From the NCBI RefSeq assembly GCF_009914755.1, contig NC_060939.1: a stretch of 64,000 nucleotides of DNA. One strand, given 5' to 3'. Within the stretch, counting starts at the first letter, position 1. Each line of letters starts with the position of its first letter. Shown in pieces: positions 27,261 through 40,855 of this stretch. Source of the stretch: the human T2T-CHM13v2.0 reference genome, Homo sapiens. The notes beneath the pieces were generated by a model. That model saw only the letters and a list, made by a program, of their open reading frames with translations. It had not been told where the DNA came from and did no database searches. Both the position numbers and the translations under genes were made by a program.

Positions 27261-30200
27261 TACAAACTTTTTAAATTCTTGGTGATACGTCCGTTTTGTG
27301 CCCACAAAACTTTCCTAGTTAAGAAGTTTTTAATAGGTGGTCACTCAAAAGACCCTTTAGAAAAATTAAGCCCTGGAAAATATTTAATTAATTCTTACCT
27401 CGTATCAAGCGAAAGCAAAGCCCAAAGCAGACATACTGAAATGCACAAACTTTGAGATCATATTCATCACTGCCAAAGCAGCTGATACATTAAGTACTAA
27501 AAAGAAACACAATTAAAGACAAAACAAGGAGTAGTAGAATTTCCACCACACAATACCCCTAAAGAGACAGAAGAGCACAGCTAAATTCTCTAAGAACCAG
27601 ATCAACAGAGAAACCATGACAGATAACAATTATCTTATGAAGTTAGTTAAATATGAGCAATGCTCTATGGCCCCAATGAAAGAGAAAGTGTTTTACTAGT
27701 GACAAGTAAGTATGTAATAGTTAATATTTATTGATGCTTCCTATATGATCTATTCTACATGGATTATCCCATTAAATGCTCATAATGACCCTATGTTGTA
27801 CGTACTACTACTAGTCTTACTTTACAAATATGAAAGCCAAGGTATAGAGAAGTTAACTAAACTAAGATCATACCATGCAGTGGAACCTAGAACAAAGCGG
27901 AGTCAAACCCTAGAGTCCCCACTTATCCCTCAAAGGCAAAAAACCCACCAACATTTCTTGGTAAACACAATATTGGTTTTCTAAACTCTATTTAATTATG
28001 AACATATCATTGATCATCATTAAAGGATAAAAACATACAGTGTAACAGATTTTCAACCACTTTTTTGGTCTCCAGGCAATCATTTTTTTGGTCTCACTCA
28101 CTCACATGCCACATAGTAACCCTAATCACAACTCAGTGATGGAGATGAAGAGGAAATAGCATGGAGCTGATTCTAATATACTCCTAGGAGGTGTCTGCCT
28201 CACTTTAAGAATTCCAGAGCATACATACCTACACCTTTATTTGTAAGCAGTACTACTACTGACTCCTCCCAAATTTTGCTTGTGGTTCCAAAAGATTTTT
28301 TTTAATGTATATTATTCAAGGATTTTGCCACACATTTCTTTCATGCAAGACTCACATGAAAAAATATACATACATCATCACATACTTCAATATCAACTCA
28401 TAATAAAGAAAACAGAATTAATAAAATATAATAGCTTGCTATTTTTTTCAGGTTTAATCTGTTTCATTCAGCAGCAGTAATGATCTCATCTCATATTCTA
28501 CCACCTTGGAAAAATTTAAAGAAGAATTTTTTTTGGAGGACTGCTAATAAAATTATCATTGACATTTTAATTAAAAAAAGAAATGTATGTAGAATAAACA
28601 GGATGCTTCCTGAACAGTCTGCAGTGGCTGCTCCCTTGCTTCTTTGTACAGTCTTGGTAAATTATGCAGGCTCTCAGTAGATAGAGCAGCTGTATTTCAC
28701 TGTCTTCGGTAATGTAATCTACATTTATCACTATTTTAATTAAGTGGATTCTTAGTTTGGTACTCTCATTGCAAAGAAAAAATACCTTATTCAATTTTTT
28801 TCTTTGGTAGACAGCATCTTGTCAGTCTTGTAAGCCAGAATGTAATTTTAAACATATTTCTTACTGTAACTGGTCATTATTTTAAGAGGAACTACCATAT
28901 TTGGTTATTGAGAATTTGTACCTTTTCATTTTATCAGCTTAAAACATTGGTTCCTTCTTTATAGTGATAAAAAGATACTTTCACAGTTCTCAGTTTTAAC
29001 CCAAGTGATATACAAAAAACAATAGGTGGTTTATTATAATATTACATTCAAGATTACTCAAAAGCAATACAAAACATAAATAAGAACTTTACAAGAAAAA
29101 CAACAATTTACTGAATATTGAGAACATTCAATTCCAAAGTTCATTGTGTAAGATTATTTTTTATCATCAGGTCATTTGAAGTGTCTGAATCTAAACCAAT
29201 CATTGTGGTATATAACAGCTTTTAATTATACTGAAGACACATTCCGAATACTTCTTATTCATTTCCTATAATTATTTGTAATTAAAACAATGTTTTACTT
29301 TAAAAAAATTAAATTGATGAATTATGCCAGAAGTATGTTTGTTTTAATTGGTTCACAGAGAAACAATTACTTTACTATTAGATGGCTTCATAAAGTTGCA
29401 CTTTTATGCATGAGGTGTTTGAAATCAGTAAGGGAAGGCCTGGTGTTCAAAGAATTCTGTATTCAGCACACATTAACTGAACATCTTTTATGTGCCAGGT
29501 ACAGAATTAGGCACTATGAATTCAAACCAAAGTAAGACAAAGCCCTTACACAAAAGGAGTGTATGTACACACACGTACATAAACTGTAAGGACCAAGTGG
29601 CTTTTAAACTCTGTTGCTTTGAAAGAGAGGGACTCTAGGTCCCCATCTCCATTTCAACCAAAAAAGCTCCATTTTCATCTATTTTACACACCAGTCTTCT
29701 TCGTAGCTGGTGGAGAAAACAAAAGCTGTATAGCTAGAAAACACAAATAAGGGCTCTAGACTATTATTACTAAGAACCCAGATAATTGAAAAAGTATCCT
29801 AAGTATTTTCAGATACACTAAAGGGGAAAAATTTTAAACTCCTGTTTTGTTTTGTTTTTTTGAGTTTTATCATCAGTTTTCACACATTGCTAAATACTGG
29901 TTTGTGGGTAAATTTCTACTAAAATAAAGATTCCAAAGACAGCTTATTTTAAAAGTTTGGGAATGAGGTGTGTAGGGAGTTGAGACTGAATGCACATCTC
30001 ATTATGTTAGTTCACATTACCAAGAAATGCTATCCCAACTTTCAGATTCACATAAATCCAGAAATTGCCAGATAGGACTTTTAAAATCCAAAGTGCATTA
30101 AATGTGTTCTAGATTCTATATTAAAAACTTCCTCAGATAAAAGCCATTTACTTTCCCACTGTGGTTTTGGAAATAAAGTTACCATTTGAGCATCTCTAAT

Positions 30201-31647
30201 GACCTGGCCAACTTAAATATATTATCTCTAATACCTCACAAAAACATCAAAGGATAAGGTGTTTTTACTCCCATTTTATAGAAGAGAAAGCAGCTGCAGG
30301 GGTTAAGACGTGTTCAATATTACATAGTGAATACATGAAGAAACCAGGACTTGGGCCCGTGATCTTTTTATTAAAACACTTTCAGAAGCAAAATAAACTT
30401 AATCCATAACATTTTTCTCTTCTAATCATATCTAAATATGATTCCTGCTTTTATTATCCATAACTTCACATCTAGTTGCATTTTACAATGAAAAACTTAG
30501 CTATCAATATATACAATCAAAAAGGTAACCAAAAAGAGAAAAAGGAAATCTAAAATTTAAATCAATGCTAATGAATGACAAACACTTTAGTCATTGTGTA
30601 ACTCCCTTGGTTTGAATTTAAATAATGTCATGTATAACGACTGGGTTTCACAATTCAGGAATAAATAGAAGTCAAATTTTAGGCAGCCCACTCAGATTCT
30701 AATTAAATAGAAAAAACAAGTACAAAGGAACTAAATTATTTTTAAAAAATACTCCTATCAGAGTTCAACTTCAAAAAGATATTTCATGAACAGACAGTAC
30801 AGCCTGTAAGATTCCATCTTTCTCAAATTACTCTGATGAACGTCTGATAAAACTTGAGATTTACCAAGGGATAAAAAGAAGAAGCAGCCAATAATTCTAA
30901 ATGAAAACTCAGAATGGTCTTTTGTTCTCTTTGTTTAAAGTAAAGCCACTAGTGAAAAACAAGAATGTCTACTTAGGAAAAAGGGGTCTCTTGTTTGAAC
31001 AAAAATTAAATTTAAATGTCCTGTTTCTTACCTGAACATTTGAAATCATCTACATCTGTCTAATGTTCACTAAAAGACTATAGAGGGCACTGTTGCATCA
31101 GCTTTGAAGCTTTACAATAGAGGCTGAGAAAAAGAAAACTGTCTATAACATGTAATTTCTCTAAAGGGTCAAATGCATGGAAATCTACTAAGCCTGATAT
31201 AAAGGGGAAAGAACTAAAATGTATGTTTTTCTAAAACAGGCTGGACTTCAATGGGGGAAAAAACTTAACAAAAACAACTGTCAAATAGAGAAGACTGCAC
31301 TGCACACATTTTGCATTTCCCTTTGTAGTGCTTTCATGAGAAAGGTAAGTAATCATAGCACCTCCTTATCCATTGGAAACAGCACCCCACTGCAGAATCC
31401 TCTTTACAATCAATAGGCAACTGAATGTGGCACCTCATGCAATTCTTCCATAATTCTATCAACAGAAAGAATGCAGTCTGTTTGCATACTTTTGTCTAAA
31501 AGACCAATTCCATTTGTCCCTTCTTGGATAAAATGACAGCTACAGATCAATCACTCTCACGTGAAAGTAAACATGCTACAAAAAAAAAAAAAAAAAAACA
31601 AAAGAAGAAGAATCAAAACTGAAATCCTCGCCTATTTTAAGCATAAT

Positions 31648-31653
31648 TTTATT
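31648..31653 (-). terminator. Candidate poly(A) signal for the short DPH6 isoform
   Basis: AATAAA on the minus strand, immediately preceded by TGTA and followed about 40 nt downstream by a long U-rich tract. An alternative AATAAA lies at 32413-32418. Confidence 0.5.
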
Positions 31654-33450
31654 ACACATAAAAACTCAAAGTAAAATAGAAAAAGCAAGTTTTTCCTCAT
31701 AGACATGCATTTTGTGCTATTATACAATAGTATCAGGATGTAAAATAAATAAGTTACATCAAACAATAGTCATGAATCTTACCTTTACATATGGACAGCA
31801 CTTAATTAAGTTCCATATATTTTCTATTCTCTCACATAATTCCTGTTACAATTCTTTGAAATTAAATCCAATTAAGTACAGTGTCAAAGGTACTTTCAGT
31901 ACATATATACAATAAGACTAGCATACACAGCATAAAGCTTCTTATAATACTACCATTTAATTTTTTTCCACTAAAAATAATGCAAAAGTAAAAGGGAGTT
32001 AAATTATCTCATTTTGGTAATTTGAAAATAATATCCTGAATTGCTGAACCTCTGTAGAAACATGGACATTAGCTGTGAGAATTATAATATGATCAAACCA
32101 AGTAGAATATGTACAATGAAAAAAAAATCCTCCATTAATGTATATCTAATCATACCACCATATCACATATTGGATAAATCCACATTAATACAGGTACCAT
32201 AATAAAACTAAGGCCTCTAATAAAGGAACCCAAATTCCCTGGAAAAACAGTATACAACTCATTTTGTCACTCTCAAAATTCCAGAGAGATTAGCACCTTC
32301 TCTGAAATCAAAGTGCAGAACTGTGAAAGTGTTACAAATTCTCCAGTAATATGTCAACCTACTCATAAATCAAAAGGAGGGGAAGGGGCTTTAGATGGTA
32401 TGTAGATTTCATTTTATTACAAAAGCTCCAGTTTAACAAGTTATTTTCAGCCAATAAAAGTCAAAAAGTAAAGCAATGCTAAAGTGGCTAGTACTGACTC
32501 TGAGGCTTTACTTTTTAACTGAAATGCTACTTGAGTATTGCTCCCTTAAATTATTAATTTATGGGTTTTGCTTAGTTTCCTCCTAAGGCAAGGCAGTTCT
32601 AGTCACAGGTACATTGAATGCATGTAAATAAACAGAAAGCTTTTATAATGGTCCTGTAATTCACTAAACATAATAAACAACCTTTCTTAATGAATGTTGA
32701 ATGTACAATCCTATGAACCAACTTTATATAAATAGACTATATCATCTAAAGAATCTGTAAGATCCTCTAGGAAGTAAATGAACAAATTCAGAAAAATTAA
32801 ACATAGGCTGATTGCTTTTCATTGATCTAACAAAATTAATGCTTACAACAGAATCAAAGTGCTGATAGGACTATGAAGAGTTGTGTTCAATTTTGAAGAA
32901 ATCTAAGAGAAAGTGTCATGAACTGTGAGAAAATGTATTTGCAATATTGCTTTTCATCTACCACAGGATGACTACAAAAAAAATCAGGCAATGTATTTTT
33001 AATATGCAGGATATTTAACTAGATATTTTAGTTTACTATTGAAGAAGAGCAGCATATTAAAATCAATTTTAGTCAACTTTAATTTATGCAAAGCTTGATT
33101 GTGAGCAATAGCTGCTAAAAGGATGCAACATTGTTGATTCATATACAAGCATTTTACTTAACTACATTGGATAATAGCAGTGCTCCTAAAGGAGTATAAA
33201 AAGCAAAGTGATTAGCAGTCATTAATGTTAATTAGTGTTCACATTACATTCCTTGGGATGAATCTCCTTTAAGTTGAATACATGGAAAGTTCATTTTTGA
33301 AGGTTTGCCAAATCTTGCCTAGGTAAGTACTAAACTAAGCCGTCAACTACCAGCAAGCAGAATGAAAAACAGGGACAGATCAGCATCCAATTAGTATGTC
33401 TAAGTTTTTAAACAGGAAAAGGGTTGAGGGGAATCAGTAAAACTGGAAAC

Positions 33451-33636
33451 TCATACTTCACATTTTGCAATCTCACTGATAAAAGGAGGAAATGTGTGTT
33501 TATCAAACTTGCTGTGAGTGCACAGTTCATTTGGAGTCCTGTAAACAATCGCCTGGCTGCCCACTTTCAAATGCATGTGAAAATCTTGGAGATTCAGAGC
33601 ATCATATTCAGCAAGCAAGGTCATTCTAGTGATGCC
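33451..33636 (-). CDS. DPH6: DPH6 alternative terminal exon, coding part (short isoform; GITRMTLLAEYDALNLQDFHMHLKVGSQAIVYRTPNELCTHSKFDKHTFPPFISEIAKCEV*)
   Basis: Acceptor gttttcctaatttcccatttccag|GGC ATC ACT. Open for 61 codons in phase with exon 3, ending TGA at 33453-33451, for a 165-aa product. Matches my recollection of the C-terminus of DPH6 isoform 2. Confidence 0.85.
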   Translation of the reverse strand, partial: GITRMTLLAEYDALNLQDFHMHLKVGSQAIVYRTPNELCTHSKFDKHTFPPFISEIAKCEV

Positions 33637-34169
33637 CTGGAAATGGGAAATTAGGAAAACGTGGCAATCAGAGGTTTAGGATTGACCAGAAAAAGCCCTG
33701 AGGCTGGATTACCATCTTTCACCACCAGTCAGGCTGTCTCTGCTTATTCAGTATTAATACAACAGGACTGCAAGTGAATGAAAATAACTCAATGCACCTA
33801 ACTGGGACACTGGCTTTCTTGTTTAGAAAACAACAGACATTTGTCACAGCAAAAAAATTAAGTAAAATAAAATAAAATAATAAAATCTCTCACATACAAG
33901 CTTTCAAGAACCAACCCTGAAAGAAAAACAGGCTCCTCATGAACCTTCAAAAAGGACCTGGGGAATGGCTGACATCCTGTTGATTTGATAATCAATAGGA
34001 AAGATTTCCTTTCCCCCAATACCATTCAGTGCATTTTTAAGTAGATGCCAAATCTTCAACAAGGAAGCTTCAAAAGCAATATATCCTCATTAGAGAAAAA
34101 CACCGAAAAATTAAATGTGCAAAAATTATACTCTTAATTCTGCCCACAGACTTAAAATATATCCTACAG

Positions 34170-34680
34170 ATAATTTTTCTATGCATGTACTTACACAAAT
34201 GCATTGTAGAAAAATGTTATTATACCATACAGAGCATTCCCTAATCTGTTTCCTTCTCTTAAAAATATATACAGATGTATTTCTGCAAGTTCATTTTTAA
34301 TGCTATACAGCATCCCACTGTATAGATATGTCATAATTTACATTGCCAATGATTTCTAAATTTTCAAGTATATTTTAAATTATTTCCTTAGTTATAAATT
34401 CCCCAAAGTGGAATTGCTTATTACAGGAGTGTATTTTTTTGTGTTTGATGAGTTTTGCCAAATTACCGTCCAGAAATATTGAACCAATTTACAGGGCTGC
34501 TAGCAGTACATAAGGGTATCTGTTTCTTCAAAACCATTATTATTTCTTATTTCTGTCAAAGTGTAGCTGCATTTTTGAGTTAGTGAAGTTACACATTCTT
34601 TTTTTTTTTTTTTTTTGGTCATTTGAATGTACTTCTCTGTGAAATGCCTGTTCATATCCTTAGCCCATTATCTCTATTTG
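34170..34680 (-). mobile_element. Old L1M 3' fragment
   Basis: aagtggaattgct...gccaaatt...tctgtgaaatgcctgttcatatccttagccca. Confidence 0.65.
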
Positions 34681-35404
34681 GAGACATGCTTTTTATAATA
34701 ATATCCAAAAATTAGTGAGGAATTCCCCATTGAATACTAATCCCACCAATAAGAGATTATTTTAAAGAAGAGATGTTAACTGTATGAACATTAAAAGATC
34801 CTATTAAGGTTGGTAGCTTTACATGAACCTATTTTATAACATTATATTATAGAACAAGACTTCCCAACTTATCCAAAAAGAAAAAGAAAAATTAAAAACT
34901 GAACTGGGATTGCAAACATATCTCTGAAGCTACCTTTGCTTTCCATAAATGGAAAAACTTATGATACTAAGCTGGCATCATCAGCAATGTTCTGTTGTTC
35001 TTTTTACTGTTCTGTTATTCCAAGGAACAATTATAAGCATACTAAAATTGGAATTGCTTTATTAGCTACTATGATAAGTCAAGAAAGGAGACTATAACTA
35101 TGGATGACAGACAAGTTCCTCATGCTATTATCTTGAATCAAGAATTTAATTAAAATGTGTCACTTTTGAGAAAAGCACTAAGTGTAAGACAAAAATGAAA
35201 AATGTCCCCCTCCACCCATCCAAATCAATTCAATTTAGGGCCTCTTCTCACAGAACCATGAAAGTTGCCAATACCCAAATTACTAATTCCTAATACATCT
35301 TCAGAAACAGGCTTAGATTAAAATGCAATTTCAAACCACAGATCGTGGTTTTTTTTTTCTTTTTCAAACAAACCAGTTTAAAAACTTGCAAAGCTATTAC
35401 CTAA

Positions 35405-35695
35405 AACAGTGCTTCTCAAACTGTGTTATAAACCACTTTTTTTTTTTACATTTCCAACCCTTCAAAGATAGAAACTTGTAAAATACAACAAAATGAATTA
35501 AAAGATTAACATTTTTAAGATACAAAATACAAGGTCAAATTTTTATTATTAGATTCAAAAGAAACAAAATTACTCTTTCATATTACTATAAAAGTTTCTA
35601 AATGCTTATTTTCAATTTCTCTATATATCTTGTCTTGAACAAAACACTTCATGGACTAGCACCAGGCTAATCCCTAGACCACACTTTGAGTAGTA
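35405..35695. mobile_element. hAT-Charlie DNA transposon remnant (Charlie4-like)
   Basis: Terminal inverted repeats cagtgcttctcaaactgtg ... ccacactttgagtagta. Confidence 0.65.
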
Positions 35696-35904
35696 ATTAT
35701 TTAAAATTATTCTGAGAGCTCTGAAACAAGATCAGACACAGACAGATCACTTTGATCCCTGACTTAATAACCCTAACCCCTTATCAAACCATATGCCTTC
35801 CCCTCCGCCTCATTGTCAATTTACACATACCTTATTGGTTTCTGTATGCACTATATATGTACTGTAATATAGTAATATCTGCATGAATTAACACAAATGC
35901 AATT

Positions 35905-36100
35905 CTGGGAGGCAGCAGAACATAGTGATTAAAAGTACATGTTCTACCACTTTTTAGCTGTGTAACCTTGGATGAGTTACTTAACCTCTCTGTATCTCAG
36001 TTTACTTATCTGCAAAGGGTTGATGTAAGGATAAAATTAGAATATATGTGTATAGAGCTTATAGCAGTTATCTAGAAGATAGTGCTACATAAATTGCAAT
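35905..36100 (+). mobile_element. MIR SINE
   Basis: agctgtgtaaccttggatgagttacttaacctctctgtatctcagttt. Confidence 0.8.
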
Positions 36101-36992
36101 TATAATTACAATAAGTCACAGAAAACTGAAAGAAAATCACATGGCTCTGGGTTTTCCAGCAATCAATATAAAGAGGAAACTTTAAGTTGCATGATTTACA
36201 GCGTTCATGCAATAAAAACTATCAAATAGTTATGTTAAGGCTAAACTATTACAAATACTAAGTCCTGAGAGAAATTTCTCCCTTGGATTACCATAAAGTT
36301 GACTATTTGATATAAAAATCCTTCACATCATCTCTGGAGGAAATACACAACAAAAAAATTTGAATACTTCTTATGGACAGGGCACCATGATGAGCACTGA
36401 AGAGTATTCAAATTTGAAAAACATTCAGTTCCTACCCTCATGAGGTTATAAACTAACAGGGAGAATATATTACAAATGCAAATAATTACATAAAACAAGT
36501 CATAATAAGTACCCACAAAAGTAAATAATGCAATAGAAATTTTTAAAAACAAAAGCTACACTTGAGGAAATCAAGAGCAATGCCTTGATTACATCCCTAT
36601 TCTTCTCTCCTTCAACATAAAATCCAAAGGCTATTTAGAACAAGCCATGTCCCCAAGCCTATTGTCCCATCCCTGGCCCCCATCACTTCTTACCTGAAAT
36701 TTAAGATGCTTTATACTCCCTTCTCTTTTAGATCTTAATGTCTTCCTTGAGAAATGCACAGCATACTCGTCTGCTCTCAGGATCTACCTCATGTGACTCT
36801 TCACTCTTTGGAAGCCCCAGAAGACCCATCTGATCTCATAGCACATAGCATAGCATGTGTTACAAGCTCAGGGGACAACTAATTATTGAGTATTCATGAA
36901 TACTCCCAGGCTACAAGGCTTTCTGAAAGTGATGGTTAAAATAGTAGCTGTTAAACTTTTGAAAAGAACATAGTAAGACTATGACAAAAATT

Positions 36993-37200
<208 letters not shown>

Positions 37201-40200
37201 CATTTTTCCTCTCCCAGAAAAATTTACACCTACAAAACATTTGCATAAAATTTCATAGTTCAAGAATACCTCTCCCTTCCAGATTAATAAATCCTATCTT
37301 AAAGTAGTGCATTATCCTAGATGAAATCTACTAGTCTGATCCTTATTATAATGCTTTCTGTAATTACGTCCAGGATATATGACCACTGAAAATCAGAAGA
37401 ACTTGGATAAGGGTTAAAGATGTCACAAGAAATGGCTATCAGGCCAATAAAAATGTTTTAAAGAGATAAATCATGAAAGGCTCAAAGGGAAGATCATGGG
37501 TTATTTATCAAATGATCATTGTTCTCCCTCCCTTCCCACCTCCCTGCAAAATTACTACCTAGGAAAGAATCCGTAAGAGAACTGGTCTTAAAATAGACCA
37601 TGGGGCATTTCAATGGCTCCAAAACCAATCTTATAGTAGGGAGTACAGAAGAATCAGCAAATTCTGCACAAGAAAGACAAATAAATGTCTGATAGTTTCT
37701 GCCTTTTCTGATTGTCAATGTCTTTTGAAAGATATCTATGGGGATCAATATTAGCATAATTTTGTCAAAGTTAGATAGGCTTAATTTTGGTAAGTTTAAC
37801 AATTGCTCATCGAGCACCCACTGTGTACGAGTACACAAAGTGACCACGTGGCTCAGCACTGTATACAAATAAGTATGGCATAATTCTGCTGGTGTTGAGA
37901 GTTAATTGCTTTTACATACAGGAGCACAAATGATGGCCCCATTCTACTGCCTCTGAAGAAAGAACTGTTTTTTAAATCTTTTAATTCATATACTCCAAAA
38001 AGTCTGAATTTTCTAAACTTGGTTCACCTAACTTTCACACTTAAGTCCTTGCTTGAGGCTTTCTACAAATGAGTTCATACAAAATATACTGCTTAGATTT
38101 TAAAGACAAGCATGGAGTTAAATTCTAAAAGAACATGCCAAAATAAATTATAATGGAAAAAAATCACCTATTAGAACCACTGATATCTTTAGGTTAACCC
38201 TCTTTATCTCCTTTTGAAATGGCCCATGCCTCAGTTAACTCACATAGGAAACTAGAAAGCATTAATTCTACATGTCTCTTGGAAGGCTGAATTATCTGAC
38301 TGAAGAAGTCTAAAACAGGCTAAGGATGGCCCAAAATTATAGGCACCAAATGTAGAAGGATCAATTCAATCCAATCTATAATATAAATTTACCCCCACTA
38401 AAACCTCTTTCACAACTGAACGTTTATCATTCGTTTTCTTCTCTGCATTAACTTACTAATAAAGTCAAGAAAATTACACTCATCTCAATGCCCACTTGTA
38501 ACTACCACTTAATATTAATATACTAATGGAATGCTGTATGCAATGAAAAAAAATGACTTTACTAGATTATTCTGGAAGCTAGAGAATGAAGGAGAAGACC
38601 TGAGGCTAAAATGAGGATGACAGGCTCTCAAATATATTCTCATTTGTTTTCAAAACAGATAAATAAGAAAAGAAGAAAGAGATACCCACATTTTATAGAT
38701 GGAGCAACTGAATTCCAGAGGAATAGAGTTTAACACAATGCCTATTATAGTCTAGGAGCTGTATGGAGTCTCATAGGAAATAAAAATAATGAAATATAAT
38801 CCCTATTCCTCAAGTTACTTATAATCTTTAAACAAAACAAAACCCACAAGATAGATTTTCTTAAAATCTTAGCTTTGTGTATTAAACTAGACTAAGTACT
38901 ACAAGAGAGTTAAAATGTGACATGAGGGTTTAAGGAAGGAAGATATTATATTCAGTGGGGTGAACTGAGGAGGACATCAGGAAAGAGATATCATGCAAAA
39001 GAAGGAGTTGGAAAGGAGAAGTTATTTCTGACTAAAACGCAGCACTATTCAGGAAAGGCATGGACCGTATGGGGAAGAATGAGTTCCGACAATAGTCTAG
39101 TTTAGATGGCACGTAGCTTACATGTAGGAGAATCTGAGAAAAGACAAAAAATAAACTGAAGTCATATTGCAGTGCACCTAGCAGAACGATGCTAAGCAAT
39201 GAATGTCTGATGGAAAGAGAAATGTGATTAAATCTACACTTTAGAAAGATTCCTCTCTCACAGGAGTTTAAAGGATAAATTATAGGGGATGAGAGACTGG
39301 AGAAAGACCAGAAGTAAACTTTAAGGGGTCAATTAATTTATAGGTCTAAAGCCAGGTTCAATCTGTTATGATGCCCAAAAGGCTATAGAATCTATTAAGA
39401 CTATATTTTGCTTGATTTACCGGCAAATGTGTAATTGCATATCAAAAATAATGCAATAATTTGAATTTCATCTATATAAATTATTTGAAAAGATACTAAT
39501 ATCATAGTTTTGCTTACTTCTGTGAATCCACACTAGGTGCTTTTAAGAAATAAGGATAAACTATTTCAGTTGATACAACCAAGACCAAAATGTATTAAGA
39601 ACTGATTCTGATTAAATGAACCCATATTGATATGAAGCATCTTCTATTCAATCCTTTACCAGATTAAAGAGATGACAATGACAGGATGCTATAAAATATA
39701 GGATCATAATATTTATAATATATAGCTATCATAATTCATTTTGATTACCAATATCGCTCAGTAAAACTATATAAATTAGCTGTGGAATTGTCAGTTTACA
39801 AGGTACCTTATATAGACTTTTTGTCACTATTTATTTAAATACCATCATCAAGTCCAATCAATCTCTCTAGAATGTCCCCTTTTCACCTTTCCCCTTGGCA
39901 TTCCCCATGTTCAGGCTCTCAAACCTTTCAGATACCTAGTATCTTAGTTTTTAATTTGAACTCACCTACAGAGTTGCCTATCTCTAATCCATTTCTTGTA
40001 TTATATTAGTAGTTCACCCTGATGACCACAAGAATTTGTTGAACAGTAAGAAATATACAATGTAATAGCCTAGCATACGCATATGTGCCTGTACATATCT
40101 ATTACGTTACACAAAACAATAATTAACCTATTACAATGCACATTGATATTATCGATTATATTCTAGGCTCTTGCATTTTTTATAAAAATAGTTGTCACTC

Positions 40201-40494
40201 ATTAAATTGAGTTTAGAAAATACCATCTCAGGGGCTTTCCACCATCTGAACAATCCTTGACCTAAAATTTAAGACACTCTCTTTTTTGGTATTAATCAAC
40301 CTTTACAGACTTATTTTCCACCACTCCTCAAACTTTAAACCCTAAATCAAATTGAACCACTCTATTTCCCTAATACATTTCATAATTTCCTGCTTACAAG
40401 ACTTTGGCTAAGAACTTCCGGTAATTTTTAACATTCTCTTAGCCATCCTCCAATGTCTGTCATCTGTCAAAATCCAAATAATCTTCAAGGATAT

Positions 40495-40855
40495 TGTATT
40501 AGTCTGTTCTCGCACTGCTACCTGAGGCTGGGTAGTTTTTAAAGAAAAGAGGTTTAATCAGCTCAGGTTTGCAGGCTGTACAGGCTTCTGCTTCTAGGGA
40601 GGCCTCAGGAAACTTACAATCATGGCAGAAGTCGAAAGAAAAGCAAGCACATCTTCACATGGCCAGCAGGAGAGAGTGAAGAGTGAGGTGCTAAACACTT
40701 TCAAACAACAAGATCTCAGGAGAACTCTATCATGAGAACAGCAAGGGGGAAGCCCACCCCATGATTTGATCACCTCTCACCAGGCCCCTACTCCAACACT
40801 GGGAATCACAACTTGACATGAGATATGGGTGGGGACACAGAGCCAAACCCTATCA
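40495..40855 (-). mobile_element. MSTA/MSTB MaLR solo LTR with intact 5-bp TSD GATAT, inserted in an L2
   Basis: tgtattagtc...ggggacacagagccaaaccctatca, flanked by gatat at 40490-40494 and 40856-40860. Confidence 0.92.

Noticed and set aside
33424-33654. Plus-strand 76-aa ORF
   Set aside because: Antisense shadow of the DPH6 alternative terminal exon; the splice signals favour the minus strand.
36694-36810. Strong minus-strand donor CAG|gtaaga at 36693
   Set aside because: No good polypyrimidine acceptor within exon distance. The AAG|gtaaga at 31782 has the same problem.
37494-37868. 124-aa minus-strand ORF
   Set aside because: No recognisable homology, no convincing pair of splice sites, and composition typical of AT-rich noncoding DNA.
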